From positions 174,220,001 through 174,284,000 of the forward strand of contig OX597817.1 of assembly GCA_951406725.2 (NCBI GenBank): DNA of 64,000 bases, read 5' to 3'. Positions within the stretch are counted from its first letter, which is position 1. Every line of letters begins with the position of its first letter. The stretch is from Octopus vulgaris. Taxonomy: Eukaryota. Below, piece by piece: positions 38,641 through 51,260 of this stretch. The notes below the pieces were generated by a model. That model saw only the letters and a list, made by a program, of their open reading frames with translations. It made no database searches and was not told the DNA's origin. The position numbers were made by a program, and so were the translations under genes.

Positions 38641-39117
38641 TTGACTTAGAGTTTTGCAGTGACATCTAATTCACTTAGCTAAAAGAGTTTTTTTTTTTTC
38701 AAAAATGTGTTTCTTTTTTCTTGGGTGTTTTACTTTGTTGTATATATTTTTTTTATTTTCTTTTGCAATACCTTTCCATCATCTTCCATAAAACAGTTAG
38801 GATGTAGCTTCGATAAAGTAGCACAGATAACAACTCAAGGTCTTTCGTATTTCCTGAGCTACTGAAAGCTTACATCTGCTTGTCAGTTTGTTTAACCCCA
38901 CCCCATCCCTACCCCTCGAAAAGCAAACAGGTACAAACATGGTTGTGTTGTTACGAAGTTTGCTTTGCAATCACATAATTTAGGTTTAGTCCCACTGCAT
39001 GGCACCTTGGGCATTTGTCTTCTACTATAGCCTCGGGCTGACCAAAGCCTTGCGAGTGGATTTGGTAGACGGAAACTGAAAGAAGCCCATCGTATATAAG
39101 TATATATATATATATAT

Positions 39118-39528
39118 AATAACAAAGGGTGAAATTAATTAATTAAGAAGTAATCAGTAATTTCACCAAGTAGAATTCGGCATGAAAAGGACCGTTTCAT
39201 GGTAAGTTTAAGTAATACTATATAATTAGGGTTCAGCAACGATTTGCTTCACCACATACCGAAGTTTAGAAATAGCAGTCAAAAAATCTTAGCTATTCCT
39301 TCTACTTTAAAGGGAGTTCCCAGGAAAACCAAAGCACTTGAAAACAAACCACGCAGGCAAAAGGGATTTTCGTCATTTTTTCCCTTGTACCTGCGTGGTT
39401 TGTTTTCAAGTGCTTTGGTTTTTCTGGGAACTCCCTTTAAAGTAGAAGGAATAGCTAAGATTTTTTGACTGCTATTTCTAAACTTCGGTATATGGTGAAG
39501 CAAATCGTTGCTGAACCCTAATTATATA

Positions 39529-39531
<3 letters not shown>
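39118..39531 (-). mobile_element. Fold-back element with arms of about 145 bp, inserted in the (TA)n of a family-B SINE (about 38930-39790)
   Basis: About 39215-39358 versus 39389-39531 are near-perfect inverted repeats. Same family as 33402-33820. The SINE sequence resumes after the TA tract. Confidence 0.8.
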
Positions 39532-39574
<43 letters not shown>

Positions 39575-40029
39575 GTGTGTATATGTTTGTGTGTCTGTGT
39601 TTGTTCCCCCAACATCACTTGACAACCAATGGTGGTGTGTTTACGTCCCTGTCACTTAGCAGTTCGGCAAAAGAGGCCAATAGAATAAGTACTAGGCTTA
39701 CAAAGAATAAGTCCTGGGGTCGATTTGCTCGACTAAAGGCGGTGCTCCAGCATGGTCGCAATCAACTGACTGAAACAAGTAAAGAGTATAGTCTCAGGCT
39801 GACCAAATCCTTGTGAGTGAGTTTGATGGAAGAAAACTATATGAAAGCCTAATGTGTGTGTGTGTGTTTGTGTGCGTGTGTGTGTGTATGTGTCACTATT
39901 TTGTTTTATTTCAAGACTTCTTGCCAATAGAGAAAGAGCTGGTTTCTAACCTAAATCCAAGCCTCCTTCATTGGAATTTCACCAACATCAGTGGGGTATT
40001 TTTGTATGTATATATATGTATGTATATAC

Positions 40030-40449
40030 TCTTTATTCTTTTACTCTTTTACTTGTTTCAGTCATTTGACTGTGGCCATACTGGAGCACTGCCTTTAGTC
40101 GAGCAAATCGACCCCGGGACTTATTCTTTGTAAGCCGAGTACTTATTCTATCAGTCTCTTTTGCTGAATCGCTAAGATACGGGGACATAAACACATCAGC
40201 ATCAGTTGTCAAGTGATGTTGGGGGGACAAACACTGATACACAAACATATACACACATACACACATATATATATATGTATATACACAATGGGCTTCTTTC
40301 AGTTTCCGTCTACCAAATCCACTCACAAGGCTTTGGTCGGCCTGAGGCTATAGTAGAAAACACTTGCCCAAGGTGCCACGCAGTGGGACTGAACCGGGAA
40401 CCATATGGTTTGTAAGCAAGCTTCTTACCACACAGCCACTCCTACGCCT
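40030..40449 (-). mobile_element. Full-length family-B SINE
   Basis: Reverse complement of 50852-51260. Confidence 0.8.
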
Positions 40450-40451
40450 AT

Positions 40452-40728
40452 ATGTGCAGATTTGTACATTTTGTTTTATGTATGTATTCTCATGCATATA
40501 GTTGCCTATCAAGACACTCATATATACTTAATTAATAAACTTCTGGAAAGTTTTACAGATTTTTTCAGTTCTAGTGATGGACTAGAATTGTAGTCTTTGA
40601 ATCAGCTTTCTCCTTTCTGGTTTTGAGGAGCCTAATTTTTCAAGATTGGCATTTAGGCAGTGTGTTACATATCCCATTGCCTCAATAATTACTGGTAAAA
40701 ACCTGAACTTGTAATCTGGATGGAGATG
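40452..40728 (-). mobile_element. 3' end of an RLE-type (R4/Dong/NeSL-like) non-LTR retrotransposon
   Basis: PDYKFRFLPVIIEAMGYVTHCLNANLEKLG...LIQRLQ matches the PVIIGALG...LQ terminus of restriction-like endonuclease domains. Confidence 0.75.
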
Positions 40729-41936
40729 TATGTATCTATCTGTGAGTATGTGATTGTCCCTCATCCATTGCTTGACAATTGGTGTTGGTTTGTTTATGTC
40801 CCTGTAACTTAGTGGCTTGGCAAAAGAGACCGAGAGAATAAGTACTAGGCTTACAAAAGAACATAAATATTGGTAATAATCTGCTTGACTGAAACTCTTC
40901 AAGGTGGTGCTCCAGCATGGCTACAGTCCAATGACTGAAACAAGTGAAAGAATAAAAGATATATATAAAATAAAGTGGCTGTGTGGTAAGAAGTTTACTT
41001 CCCAACCACATGGTTCTGGGTTAAGTTCCACTATGTGGCACCATGGTAAGTGTCTTCTACTAAAGGCTCAAGCTGACCAAAGCCCAGCCTTGTGAGTGGA
41101 TTTGGTAGATGGAAACTGAAAGAAACCTGTGATATCTATATATAGTCAATAAAACATACGTTAGAAGAGAAGCACACTCTGAAGAATGGAGCAGTAATTA
41201 TTAAAACAAAAGGTAAAATTCTGGTTATAGAGTGTGTGTGTGTGTGTGTGTGTGTTTGTCTCCCATCACCACTTGACAACCAGTGTTTGTGTGTTTATGT
41301 CCCCATAACTTAGCAGTTCAGCAAGAGAGACTGATAGAATAAGTACTAGGCTTGAAAAAATAAGTCCTGGGGTTGACTTGTTCGACTAAAGACCCTTTAA
41401 GGCAGTGCTCCAGCATGGCCACAAGTAAAAGAATAAAATGATGATGATGATGAGCTCATAGTGGGGGTTTTTCATTTAGAGCTGAATGGACTGGAGCAAC
41501 AAGAAATAAAGGGTGAAGTGTTTTGCTGAAGAACACAATGGAACATCTGGTCTGGGAACTGAAACCTTGATCTTGCGATTGTGAGCACAACACCCTAATC
41601 ACTAAGCTATGTACCCTCACTAGTACATTACAGGTCCTTGTTTTATCTAGTATGGAAAGGAGAAACAGTAAAATGTACACAGGTTGGATTTGAAATCAGA
41701 ATGTGATGGGACTGACTGAACACCAAAAGGTATTGGGTGCAGAGCCTTTCTGTTCCATCAGTTTTGCTGAAGATTAAATATTTGCACAAATGGATGGGTT
41801 TTCTGAAAAAAAAAACCCCAAAAAACAAAACAAAACAACAACAAAAAAAAACATAATCATTCTATTTCAGTTTGGGAGGCTGTTGTGCATTTTAATGATA
41901 ACTTAAGAAATATCATTTCAGAGCTCTTACTGTTTC

Positions 41937-41989
<53 letters not shown>

Positions 41990-42040
41990 TTTTATATAAT
42001 GAATGATGTTTTATATAATGAATGATGATAATATTGTTTC

Positions 42041-42079
<39 letters not shown>

Positions 42080-42654
42080 TGATGATGATGATGATGACAA
42101 CAGTAACAACAGGAACAAGGATTTGAAATCAATAATTATCAACCTGAAATTTTAATCCCTTTTCCCTTTTCACAATTCCTCCAAATAATGCTTCTGCTAT
42201 CAGTCCTTTTTTTTTTTGCTGTTTTCTTTCACCATATTTGAATTCCAATTATTATGAGCTGTCTTCTTTTATATTGCAAAGTAAGAAAATAAAACAAAAC
42301 AAAAATCCCCTCCAAAACTCAGTATGTAAAATCCAAATTATAGAACAGTAGTGTTATCACTTATATAAAAGGTTCTCGCATTCCCTTTTCTTTCTGCTTT
42401 ATTTGGGAAGAATTTTCTTTTTAAAGTGTTTCAATAGATAAATTTAATGAATATAAATTTAAAGGTATGGATTATTGAAAGAAATGGTGGGAGGAAAAAT
42501 ATAATGAAGAAAAGAAATGTCCCTCTACCAAACCCTAAAAAAGATGAGTGTGCAGTTAAGAAGCTTGCTGTGCAACCATATGGTTTCGGGTTCAGTCCTA
42601 CTGCACAGAACGTTGGCTAACCAATACCTTATGAGTGAATTTGGTTGAAGGAAA

Positions 42655-43680
42655 CTGTGGAACCCTGGCCCTGCTTGATATGTAGAAAATGTGTTGGGGG
42701 AAACTTCATAAGGTGCATCCAGTGCAAGCTATGGACTCATAAGAGGTGCAGCAGTATCACTGGGAGACAAACAGAAAGTAGTTTTTACATTTGGCAGATG
42801 TATTGGGTTATCCGGAAAGTTTGTGCCGATTTATAGTAGCTTACCTTTCGACTTACCCTCCCAGGCACCTCAATTCTGGGAAGAGGGTATTTTCAACTTA
42901 AAGGAAAGATGGAGACACATTGTGCAACAAAATGGTTCATATTTGGTTGATTAAAAATGCAATGGTAAGTATTTATTGACCTTTTTCTTTCCTTTAAAAA
43001 TCAGCATGAACTTTCCGGACAGCCCAATACAAGTACATTAAACATCAAGAATGTACAAAAAATAGACTCTCTCAAATGTCAGAGGAGATCCTTAGAAGTA
43101 GTAGACAGTTTTCATTACTTAGGTAACCAAGTTAGTAGTGGGGGAGGTCGTTCTGAGAGCATAGCTGCTAGAATAAGAATTGGCTGGGCAAAGTTCAGAG
43201 AAATACTACCTCTGTTGGTAACGAAGGGCCTCTCCCTCAATGAAAGGCAGATTATATGATGCCTGTGTACGAACAGTTATGCTTCATGGCAGTGAGGTAA
43301 GGGCTCTGTGATTACTGAGGGTATGCAAAGGCTTGAAAGAAATGAAACCAGTAAGCACTGATGGATGGGTAATGTCAGTCTGCGTATATGACAGAGTGTA
43401 AGTGACTTGAGAGAGAAACTGGGTTTACAAGGCACCAGATGCAGCATGCAAGAGAGAAGACTGCACTGGTATGGCCATGTGATATGTGTAAATGAAGACA
43501 ACTGCATCAAAAGGTGCCAGTTTCAAATTGTAGAGGGAACATGTGGAAAGGGTAGACCCAGGAAGACATGGGGCAAAGTGGTAAGAAAGGATCTAAGTAT
43601 GTTGGAATTCACAGAGGGGATGACAGGGGACTGAGACTCCCAGTGGTTTGCTGTGCTTGAAAAGACACGTCACGCTAAGT
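42655..43680 (+). mobile_element. Decayed RTE LINE fragment (PHD + C-terminus) interrupted by a mariner MITE
   Basis: WPCLICRKCVGGNFIRCIQCKLWTHKRC and RRLHWYGHV...GRPRKTW. Confidence 0.9.
42803..43027 (+). mobile_element. Mariner internal-deletion derivative (MITE) with TA TSD
   Basis: TIRs TTGGGTTATCCGGAAAGTT / AACTTTCCGGACAGCCCAA with TA on both sides. Encodes the transposase tail GIFNLKERWRHIVQQNGSYLVD*. Confidence 0.88.
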
Positions 43681-44059
43681 AGAAGCCTGGTTGTCCTTAC
43701 ATTCAGGCTATTTCCTGTATCCCTCTCAAGCTGGGCATTCCTAACTTTGTGGGCTCATTATTTTTCGAGCAAACATTAGTTCTGCAGGCGACCAACCTGA
43801 GGAAGTGTTTAGGTCTGGTGTTATCCTATAAATATTTCTTTACTACCCACAAGAGGCTAAACAGAGAGGAGACAAACAAGGACAGACAAAGGGAATAAGT
43901 CAATTACATCGACCCCAGTGCGTAACTGGTACTTAATTTATCGACCATGAAAGGATGAAAGGCAAAGTCGACCTTGGCAGAATTTGAACTCGGAATGTAA
44001 TGACAGACGAAATACGGCTACCCATTTTGCCTGGCGTGCTAACGTTTCTGCCAGCTCAA

Positions 44060-44975
44060 AAACCCTCAAGAATTGTGTCAATGCTGCGTCATCAACTAGC
44101 TTGTTTCTTGACTTCTTTAATGCTCTTTTAAATGTATCTGTGAACCTTTCCACTTACCTGTTTGATCTTGGGTGATATTGAGGAGTAGTGATATGTTCAA
44201 TTGAGTACATCTTGCAAAAATTCTTAAATTCATTTGGTGTGAATAGTGTACCATTATCAGAGACTATGGTTTCCGGGACACCATACCTAGCAAAAAGTTT
44301 GTGTAGAAATTCCACTGTTACCGTTGATGTTGGTTTTCTACATTTACATATTTCTGGCCATTTAGTAAAGTTATCTACCACAATTAGATAATATGAACAG
44401 TTTAACGGTCCTGTGAAGTCTATGTGTAGTCTGGACCATGGAATATTGGTCTTGGGCCAAGGCTGAAATTTTATAGGTCATGATTTCGCTGCAAGAGCAC
44501 AACTTCTGCAGGATTTTACCAACTTCTCAATATCTAGATCCATTTTTGGCCAGTAAACATAACTCCACATAAATGACTTCATCCTAGAAATTCCTGGATG
44601 TCCAGTGTGGAATTCCTTTAGTGAGGTAGGTATTATGACCCTCTGTGCATACATAAGCACGTTATCACATATTGAATACAAATTTGAAACTGTTATGTCC
44701 AACTACACATATTTTTTTATTTGTTTCAGCTGATCTCACTATTTTTTTTTTATTTTTATGATAAACTCATCCGTCTCTGCCTTAATTTTTATTTCCTCCA
44801 ATGTCACAGGCAATTCGTGCACAACATTGCACAACATATTTTTTATTTCATTTTCGACTTTCAACACTGCTATCTTTATGTCTTCTAGCGGTTCACTGTA
44901 TTTTGGTATTAATCTTGACAAACCATCTGCATGTCCCCATTTTTTCGATGGCAAATACTCCATTTTGAAGTCAAA
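44060..44975 (-). mobile_element. Gypsy/Ty3 LTR-retrotransposon pol relic (RNase H end, HHCC zinc finger, integrase core)
   Basis: GHADGLSRL; HTGHPG...YVYWP...CRSC; VDNFTKWPE...YGVPETIVSDNG...YHPRSN; ERFTDTFKRAL. Several stops and frameshifts. Confidence 0.93.
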
Positions 44976-45739
44976 AGTAAAAGGTATCTTATGTGATTCT
45001 GTGATTCTGATACTTTTTGGTCATTTTTCATGTGAATTAAAAAAGAACCACAGAAGAAGCAAAATATGGTCAATTGGTGATTTAGAACTAACCACTACGC
45101 TTCTGAGTTGATGTAGAATATTCTATTTACTAGAGTTGCACTAGTTGTAATAAAACAAATGTATTAATAGCTACTCGGTGCTTGGTGCAACATCTTTGAA
45201 CTTTTATGAATATGAAAAGCCAGTGTCAAGTCTGTGCAAAAGCATACAAACCACATCACTCACATAAAAGAAGGGGCAAAAAAAGCAAAAAAAGCAAAAA
45301 AATAACCCCAAAACAACCAGCAGTCCTAGGAAACTGTGGAACACATCAGCATGAAATGTGGACTCGCATAAAAGTTCACAGCAGACTTGTCATCCCATTT
45401 CTGATATTGCAAATATTCCATTAGCTTCCAACTACCATATATTTTTTTTTACAAACCTGCACCGTTTCTTACTCTACTTCCTCCCCTCCACCTCTGCTTT
45501 CTTCTCACCTGCGATACATTTCCATCATTTCATGCTTTCCTTATTCACTGTGTGTTTGCTACTTTTACTCCTTCACCTCTTGGTGTATTTTATTCTACTT
45601 TTGCATCGTTTCCTTTTGCTGCCATCGACAATGAACTGTTTCCATGCAATGCATTTTCAACATCTGTCGGAAAGAAACACGCATACCAATTATTAATTAG
45701 TATCATGCCTCCGTTGTGAGAAACCATCAGATATATAAA

Positions 45740-45910
45740 CTGATATATATATGTGTGTGTGTGTGTGTATATAATGTATATATATATGTATATATATATG
45801 CATACATGTATATATGTATATGTGTATATATATGTATACATGTGTATATATATGTGTGTATATATATGTATACATATGTATATATATATATATGTATATA
45901 TGTATATATG

Positions 45911-45969
<59 letters not shown>

Positions 45970-46018
45970 ATATATGTGTATATATATATATATATATATG
46001 TATATATGTGTATATATA

Positions 46019-46062
<44 letters not shown>

Positions 46063-46114
46063 TATATACATACATACATACACACTCACACTTGTGTGTA
46101 TGTGTATGTACATG

Positions 46115-46175
<61 letters not shown>

Positions 46176-46385
46176 ATATGTGTTTATGTATGTATTATTT
46201 ATGTGTGTCTGTATATACTTACAGATACATACACACATATACCACATACACATGCACTCATGTAATAGGCTTATATGCATCTATATACACACACATACAT
46301 ACATAAATACACACACACACATACACACACACACACATACATACATAAATACACACATGCATACTTGCATGTGTAACACATACGT
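45740..46385. repeat. Compound TA/TG/TC/CA microsatellite
   Basis: Direct reading. Confidence 0.97.
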
Positions 46386-46696
46386 GTTTATGTACAAAAA
46401 AAAAAATAGAATTTCTGTATTAATTTTTTCCCATTCTGCCTTGAGTCAGATGGTTTTTGCAAGTTTTGATAGTTGCATGTTTGGAACAGTTGACTTTATT
46501 TCCATTATTAAATCCTGGCAGTGAGGGTTTTATGGGTGTATAAATATGCACAGGCATTGCTATGTAGTTAAGATGTTTATTTCGCAACCACATGGTTTCA
46601 GGTTCTGTTCCACCGTGTGGCACCTTCAGCAAATGTCTTCTATTAGAGTTCTGATCTGAAGAAAGCCTTGTGAGAGAATTTAAAACAGAAAAGAGA

Positions 46697-47325
46697 AGTA
46701 AAGTTACCTTGTTGAGTCATGGAAACTCATTAGGGTTGGTTTCTCAGTTTCCTTGGTGTACCTGGTTTCTCAGTTTCCCTACCTGGACAGGATGTCCCAA
46801 GATTACTCATTTTTGCCAACTGAGTGGACTGGAGTGATATGAAATGAAGTGTTTTGCTCAAGAACACAACGCATCACCTGATTCAGGAATTGAAACCACA
46901 ATCTTGCGATCATAAATCCAACACCCTAACCACTATGCCATGTGCCTCCACTAAAAAAAAAGGTAAAGTTAGCTTTGTGAGTTATACTGACTCTTAAGTA
47001 CTGGTTTCCTGGTTTCAATGATGTATATATTCCCCACCTGGACAGGGCAATGGCTCATTGTAGGATTACTCATTTTTGCCAGCTGAGTGGACTGGAACAA
47101 TGTGAAATGAAGTGTTTTGCTCACGAACATAATACATTACCTGGTCCAGGAACTGAAACCACAATCTTATGGTCATGAGTCCAACACCCTAACCACTAAG
47201 CCATGTGCCTCCACTAAAAAAAAAAAAAAAGGTAAAGTTACCTTCTTGGATCATACTGACTCATAAGAGCTGGTTTCCTAGTTTCGATGACGTATATATC
47301 CCCAACTTGGACGGCATGTGTCTCC
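46697..47325 (-). mobile_element. Tandem array of about 2.4 tRNA-type SINE units (about 265 bp each)
   Basis: Units start at about 46697, 46961 and 47231 with (G)GTAAAGTTA... and end CCATGTGCCTCCACT-A(n). Confidence 0.8.
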
Positions 47326-48954
47326 ATTGTGAGAGAATTTGGTAGGTGGAAACTGAAAGAAACCTGTTATATGTATGTATGTGTGTTCTCTGGTGCATGT
47401 GTGTGCATTTGTGGTTCTACATTTTGACATTGCATGATAGTTGTAAAAAAAGTGTCACTGTCATACACGGATATGGCCAGTAGTTAAGATGTTGGCTTCC
47501 AAATCACACTGTTTCAGGTTCTGTCCTACTGTGAAGCACCTTGGGCAAGTGTGCTCTATCATAGCTCTAAGCTAGTGAAAGCCTTGGAAACTGAAAGATG
47601 CCTGTTACATGTATATATGGCACGTAAAAAACACCATTTCGAGCATGGCCGTTGCCGGTACCACCTGACTGGCCCTCGTGCAGGTGGCACGCAAAAGCAC
47701 CCACTACACTCTCGGAGTGGTTGGCATTAGGAAGGGCATCCAGCTGTAGAAACACTGCCAGATCAGATTGGAGCCTGGCGCAGCCATCTGGTTCACCAGT
47801 CCTCAGTCAAATCGTCTAACCCATGCTAGCATGGAAAGTGGACGTTAAAGGATGATGATGAGGATGATGATGTATGTGTGTGCTCTGGTGAATGTGTGTG
47901 TCTTTGTGGCTTTTCATCTTGACATTATGTGATAGTTGTAAAACAACTATTACTGTCATACAAGCAGTGTCGCTTGTTTCCAATCTTCCATAAAAATACA
48001 CCTGGCCATGTGAAATATTACCTTGCTTGGGAGCAGGTGAGGTTTGGGAGGCAATGAGAAGGGCATTAAGCTGTAGAAAATCTTCAACAAATTCTGTTCA
48101 ATTAGTGAATGCATGGAAAAAAGGATGTCAAAATGATGACGATGACACATACATACATTTGTATGTCTTTTACTTAACTCATGTCATTAGACTGTGGCCA
48201 TGCTGGGGCACTGCCTTGAAAAGTTTTAGTGAAATGAATTGACCCCAGTGGTTATTTTTTTTAAAGCCTGGTACTTATTCTATCAGTCTCTTTTGCTGAA
48301 CCTCTATGTTACGGGGGTATAAATACACCAGCATTTGTTGTCAAGCAGTGGTGAGGGACAAACACAAGTATAAAGACACACACACATACATACATACATA
48401 CACGTGTATATATATATCATCATCATCATCATCATCACCATCATCATCGTTTAATGTCTGCCTTCCATGCAGTCATGGGTTGGATCGTTTGACAGGAACT
48501 AGCCAGGTATAAGACTACAACAGGCTACTGTGTCTGTCTTGGCAGAGTTTTATGGCTGGATGCCCTTCCTAACACCAACCACTCTGCAAAGAAGACTAAA
48601 TGCTTTCTACATGGTACCAACGCAGACAATGTCAGTTTTGGCTTGGTTTTTACAGCTGTATGCCCTTCCAAATGCCAACCACTTTACAGTGTGGACCGGA
48701 TGCTTTTTACGTGGCACCAGCACTTAAGTAGTGCTGGTGCCATTCTGCTAAGTGGTTGGTAGGAAAGGCATCCCGTCACAGAAAGCAAGTCAAAATGTTT
48801 TCCAACCCATCTAAGAGGGTAAGAACTAATTCAGACTGTACTATCCAGACCATGCTATCATGGAAAGCAGATGTAAAGTGACTATGAGGACGATGATATA
48901 TTTATATATGTGTGTATGTGTGTGCATGTGTGTGTGTTTGTGTGTATCTGTGTG

Positions 48955-49003
<49 letters not shown>

Positions 49004-49335
49004 TTGTGTATTATGTATATGTGTGTTGCTGGTGGCACGTAAAAAACAATCTGAATGTGGCCAATGCCAGCGTCGCTGTTGCCAGCCTCCTTTGGCCCCT
49101 GTCCGGCGGCATGTAAAAAGCACCCTCTACACTCATGGAGTGGTTGGCATTAGGAAGGGCATCCAGCTGTAGAAACACTGCTGGATCAGACTAGAGCCTG
49201 GTGCAGTCTCCTGACTTCCCAGACCCTGGTCAAACCGTCCAACCCAAGCTAGCATGGAAAACGGACGTTAAATGATGATGTTTATGATGATGATGATGAT
49301 GATGATATATATATACACATACACACATACAGACA

Positions 49336-49371
<36 letters not shown>

Positions 49372-49397
49372 TGTTTGGTCTTTTTCCCTTGTTTCAG

Positions 49398-49447
49398 ATT
49401 GTTTTTGGTAAAGTTAATGCTGAAAAAGAAGAGGCTCTCAGATCTGA
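49398..49447 (+). CDS. Internal 50-bp exon of the PDI-like gene: IVFGKVNAEKEEALRS(E/D)
   Basis: Long pyrimidine tract + CAG acceptor, GTAAGT donor. Phase 0 start matches the previous exon. The peptide matches PDI VVIAKVDAxxExxLxx. Confidence 0.88.
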
Positions 49448-49474
49448 GTAAGTATGATACATATCTAATTCCTA

Positions 49475-49508
<34 letters not shown>

Positions 49509-50065
49509 CTTCACTCAAATGATATATATTACATTTATTTATTTGACAGTTGCTCAACGTAACTGTAATATGATTTTGAAAGGAATACACAGAATAGGAA
49601 TCTATGCATATAAAACATAAATTTAAAAGCTAGATTATGCTTTTGTATGTATTTAATTATTGGCAACTATGGCTCTTTCAAAACATAGCACATGCAGGAA
49701 ATAATGTCTCGTACTTTGAATGGAAGAACGGCCATGATTGTGTAAAGAATGTTTTCCATATTATCAACGTATACTCTGTATTACTAATGACAACATGGAC
49801 CAATGAGTATAAAAAAAAAAAAGAGAAATAATGCCAACAATCATGATAATGACATTTCTTTTAACTGCACTCTATCACCCATTTCAAGGTTGTTAGAGAG
49901 AAAAACAAGATTATTGACAACATGTTGTTGCATTTGTAATACAAATTTGCTTTAACAATTTTGTGGTAAATTTTATTGCCATAGTAATATATCAAAATCA
50001 CTGCTTTTGTTTCATATGTACATGTTTGTGTCTATGTATGTACACACATACACACGCACACACAC

Positions 50066-50096
<31 letters not shown>

Positions 50097-50565
50097 TCTT
50101 ATCTCTTACTTGTTTCAGTGATTGGACTAGGGTCTTGCTGGGGGCACCACCTTGAAGTGTTTAGTTAAACTAATTGACCCCACTGATTATTTTTTTAAAT
50201 CCTGGTACATATTCTGATGGTCTCTTTTGCCAAACGGTGACATAAACAAACCAACATCAGTTGTCATGTAGTTGTGTGGAGCAAACTTACACACACACAC
50301 ACACGTACATACACACACACGTACACACACACACGTACACACACACACACGTACACACACACACACACACAGACATGATGACCTTTCAAACTATTTCCAT
50401 GTACCATATTCACTCACAAGCCATTGGCCAGCCTGGAATTATGTTAGAAGACGTTCTCCCTAGGTACCATGCAGTGGGACTGAACCCAAAGCCATGTAGT
50501 TGCAAAGCTGGCTTCTCAATCACATAAGCCTATATATGCATGTGTGTGTGTGTGTGTGTGAGAGA

Positions 50566-50832
50566 GTAAATCATAAATCCTAAAGAGAAGCAAGCTCTAA
50601 GTTATAGAGCAGTAAAGTAATTAGATAAATATAGCTATGGCTCGTCTATGGGGTTACCCAGGGTTTCATGTCCATAAAGCATTTAGCTTTAGAGTGTCTC
50701 TTCAGACCCTAATGGCTGATGGCTTCACTTTGAAGAGTGATTATAGGCCACCAGCCATTAGAGCCTCAAGAGACGCTGTAAAGTCAAGTGCTTTATGGAC
50801 ATGAAGCCCTGGGTAATCCCACAACTATATCT
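50566..50832 (-). mobile_element. Fold-back element made of two inverted hammerhead-containing arms plus a tail
   Basis: Arms about 50647-50724 and 50746-50823. The tail GAGAAGCAAGCTCTAAGTTATAGAGCAGT is shared with 56701 and 41165. Confidence 0.8.
50649..50711 (-). ncRNA. Type I hammerhead ribozyme with intact core
   Basis: The minus strand reads TAGGGT-CTGAAGA-(stem II including TAAAGC/GCTTTA)-GAAAC-CCTGG-GTA-ACCCCA. Confidence 0.8.
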
Positions 50833-50851
50833 TATATATATATATAAAATA

Positions 50852-51260
50852 GGCGCAGGAGTGGCTGTGTGGTAAGTAGCTTGCTAACCAACCACATGGT
50901 TCCGGGTTAAGTCCCACTGTGTGGCATCTTGGGCAAGTGTCTTCTGCTATAGCCCCGGGTCGACCAATGCCTTTGAGTGGATTTGGTAGACGGAAACTGA
51001 AAGAAGCCCATCATATATATGTATATATATATATGCGTGAGTGTGTGTGTCTGTGTTTGTCCCCCTAGCATTGCTTGACTACCGATGCTGGTGTGTTTAT
51101 GTCCCTGTCACTTAGCGGTTCGGCAAAAGAGACCGATAGAATAAGTACTGGGCTTACAAAGAATAAGTCCCAGGGTCGATTTGCTTGACTAAAAGGCGGT
51201 GCTCCAGCATGGTCGCAGTCAAATGACTGAAACAAGTAAAAGAGTAAAAGAGTAAAAGAG
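50852..51260 (+). mobile_element. Full-length family-B tRNA-type SINE; another copy at about 59203-59601
   Basis: GGCGCAGGAGTGGCTGTGTGGTAAG...GGTTCCGGGTT head, internal TA/TG tract, (GTAAAAGA)n tail. Confidence 0.85.

Noticed and set aside
38797-38870. Candidate exon after AAACAG
   Set aside because: In-frame stop and no thioredoxin similarity; the exons at 17836 and 49398 join without it.
39244-39503. Twin 74-aa ORFs on opposite strands
   Set aside because: A consequence of the palindrome; no coding signal.
41160-41200. CTGAAGA as a ribozyme core
   Set aside because: It is a variant of the tail of the 50.6/56.7-kb family, with no GAAAC or stems.
45590-46524. YI/CV-rich ORFs
   Set aside because: Dinucleotide microsatellite artefacts.
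50852-50930. tRNA genes at SINE heads
   Set aside because: A/B-box-like sequence runs on into SINE bodies and no full cloverleaf is supported.
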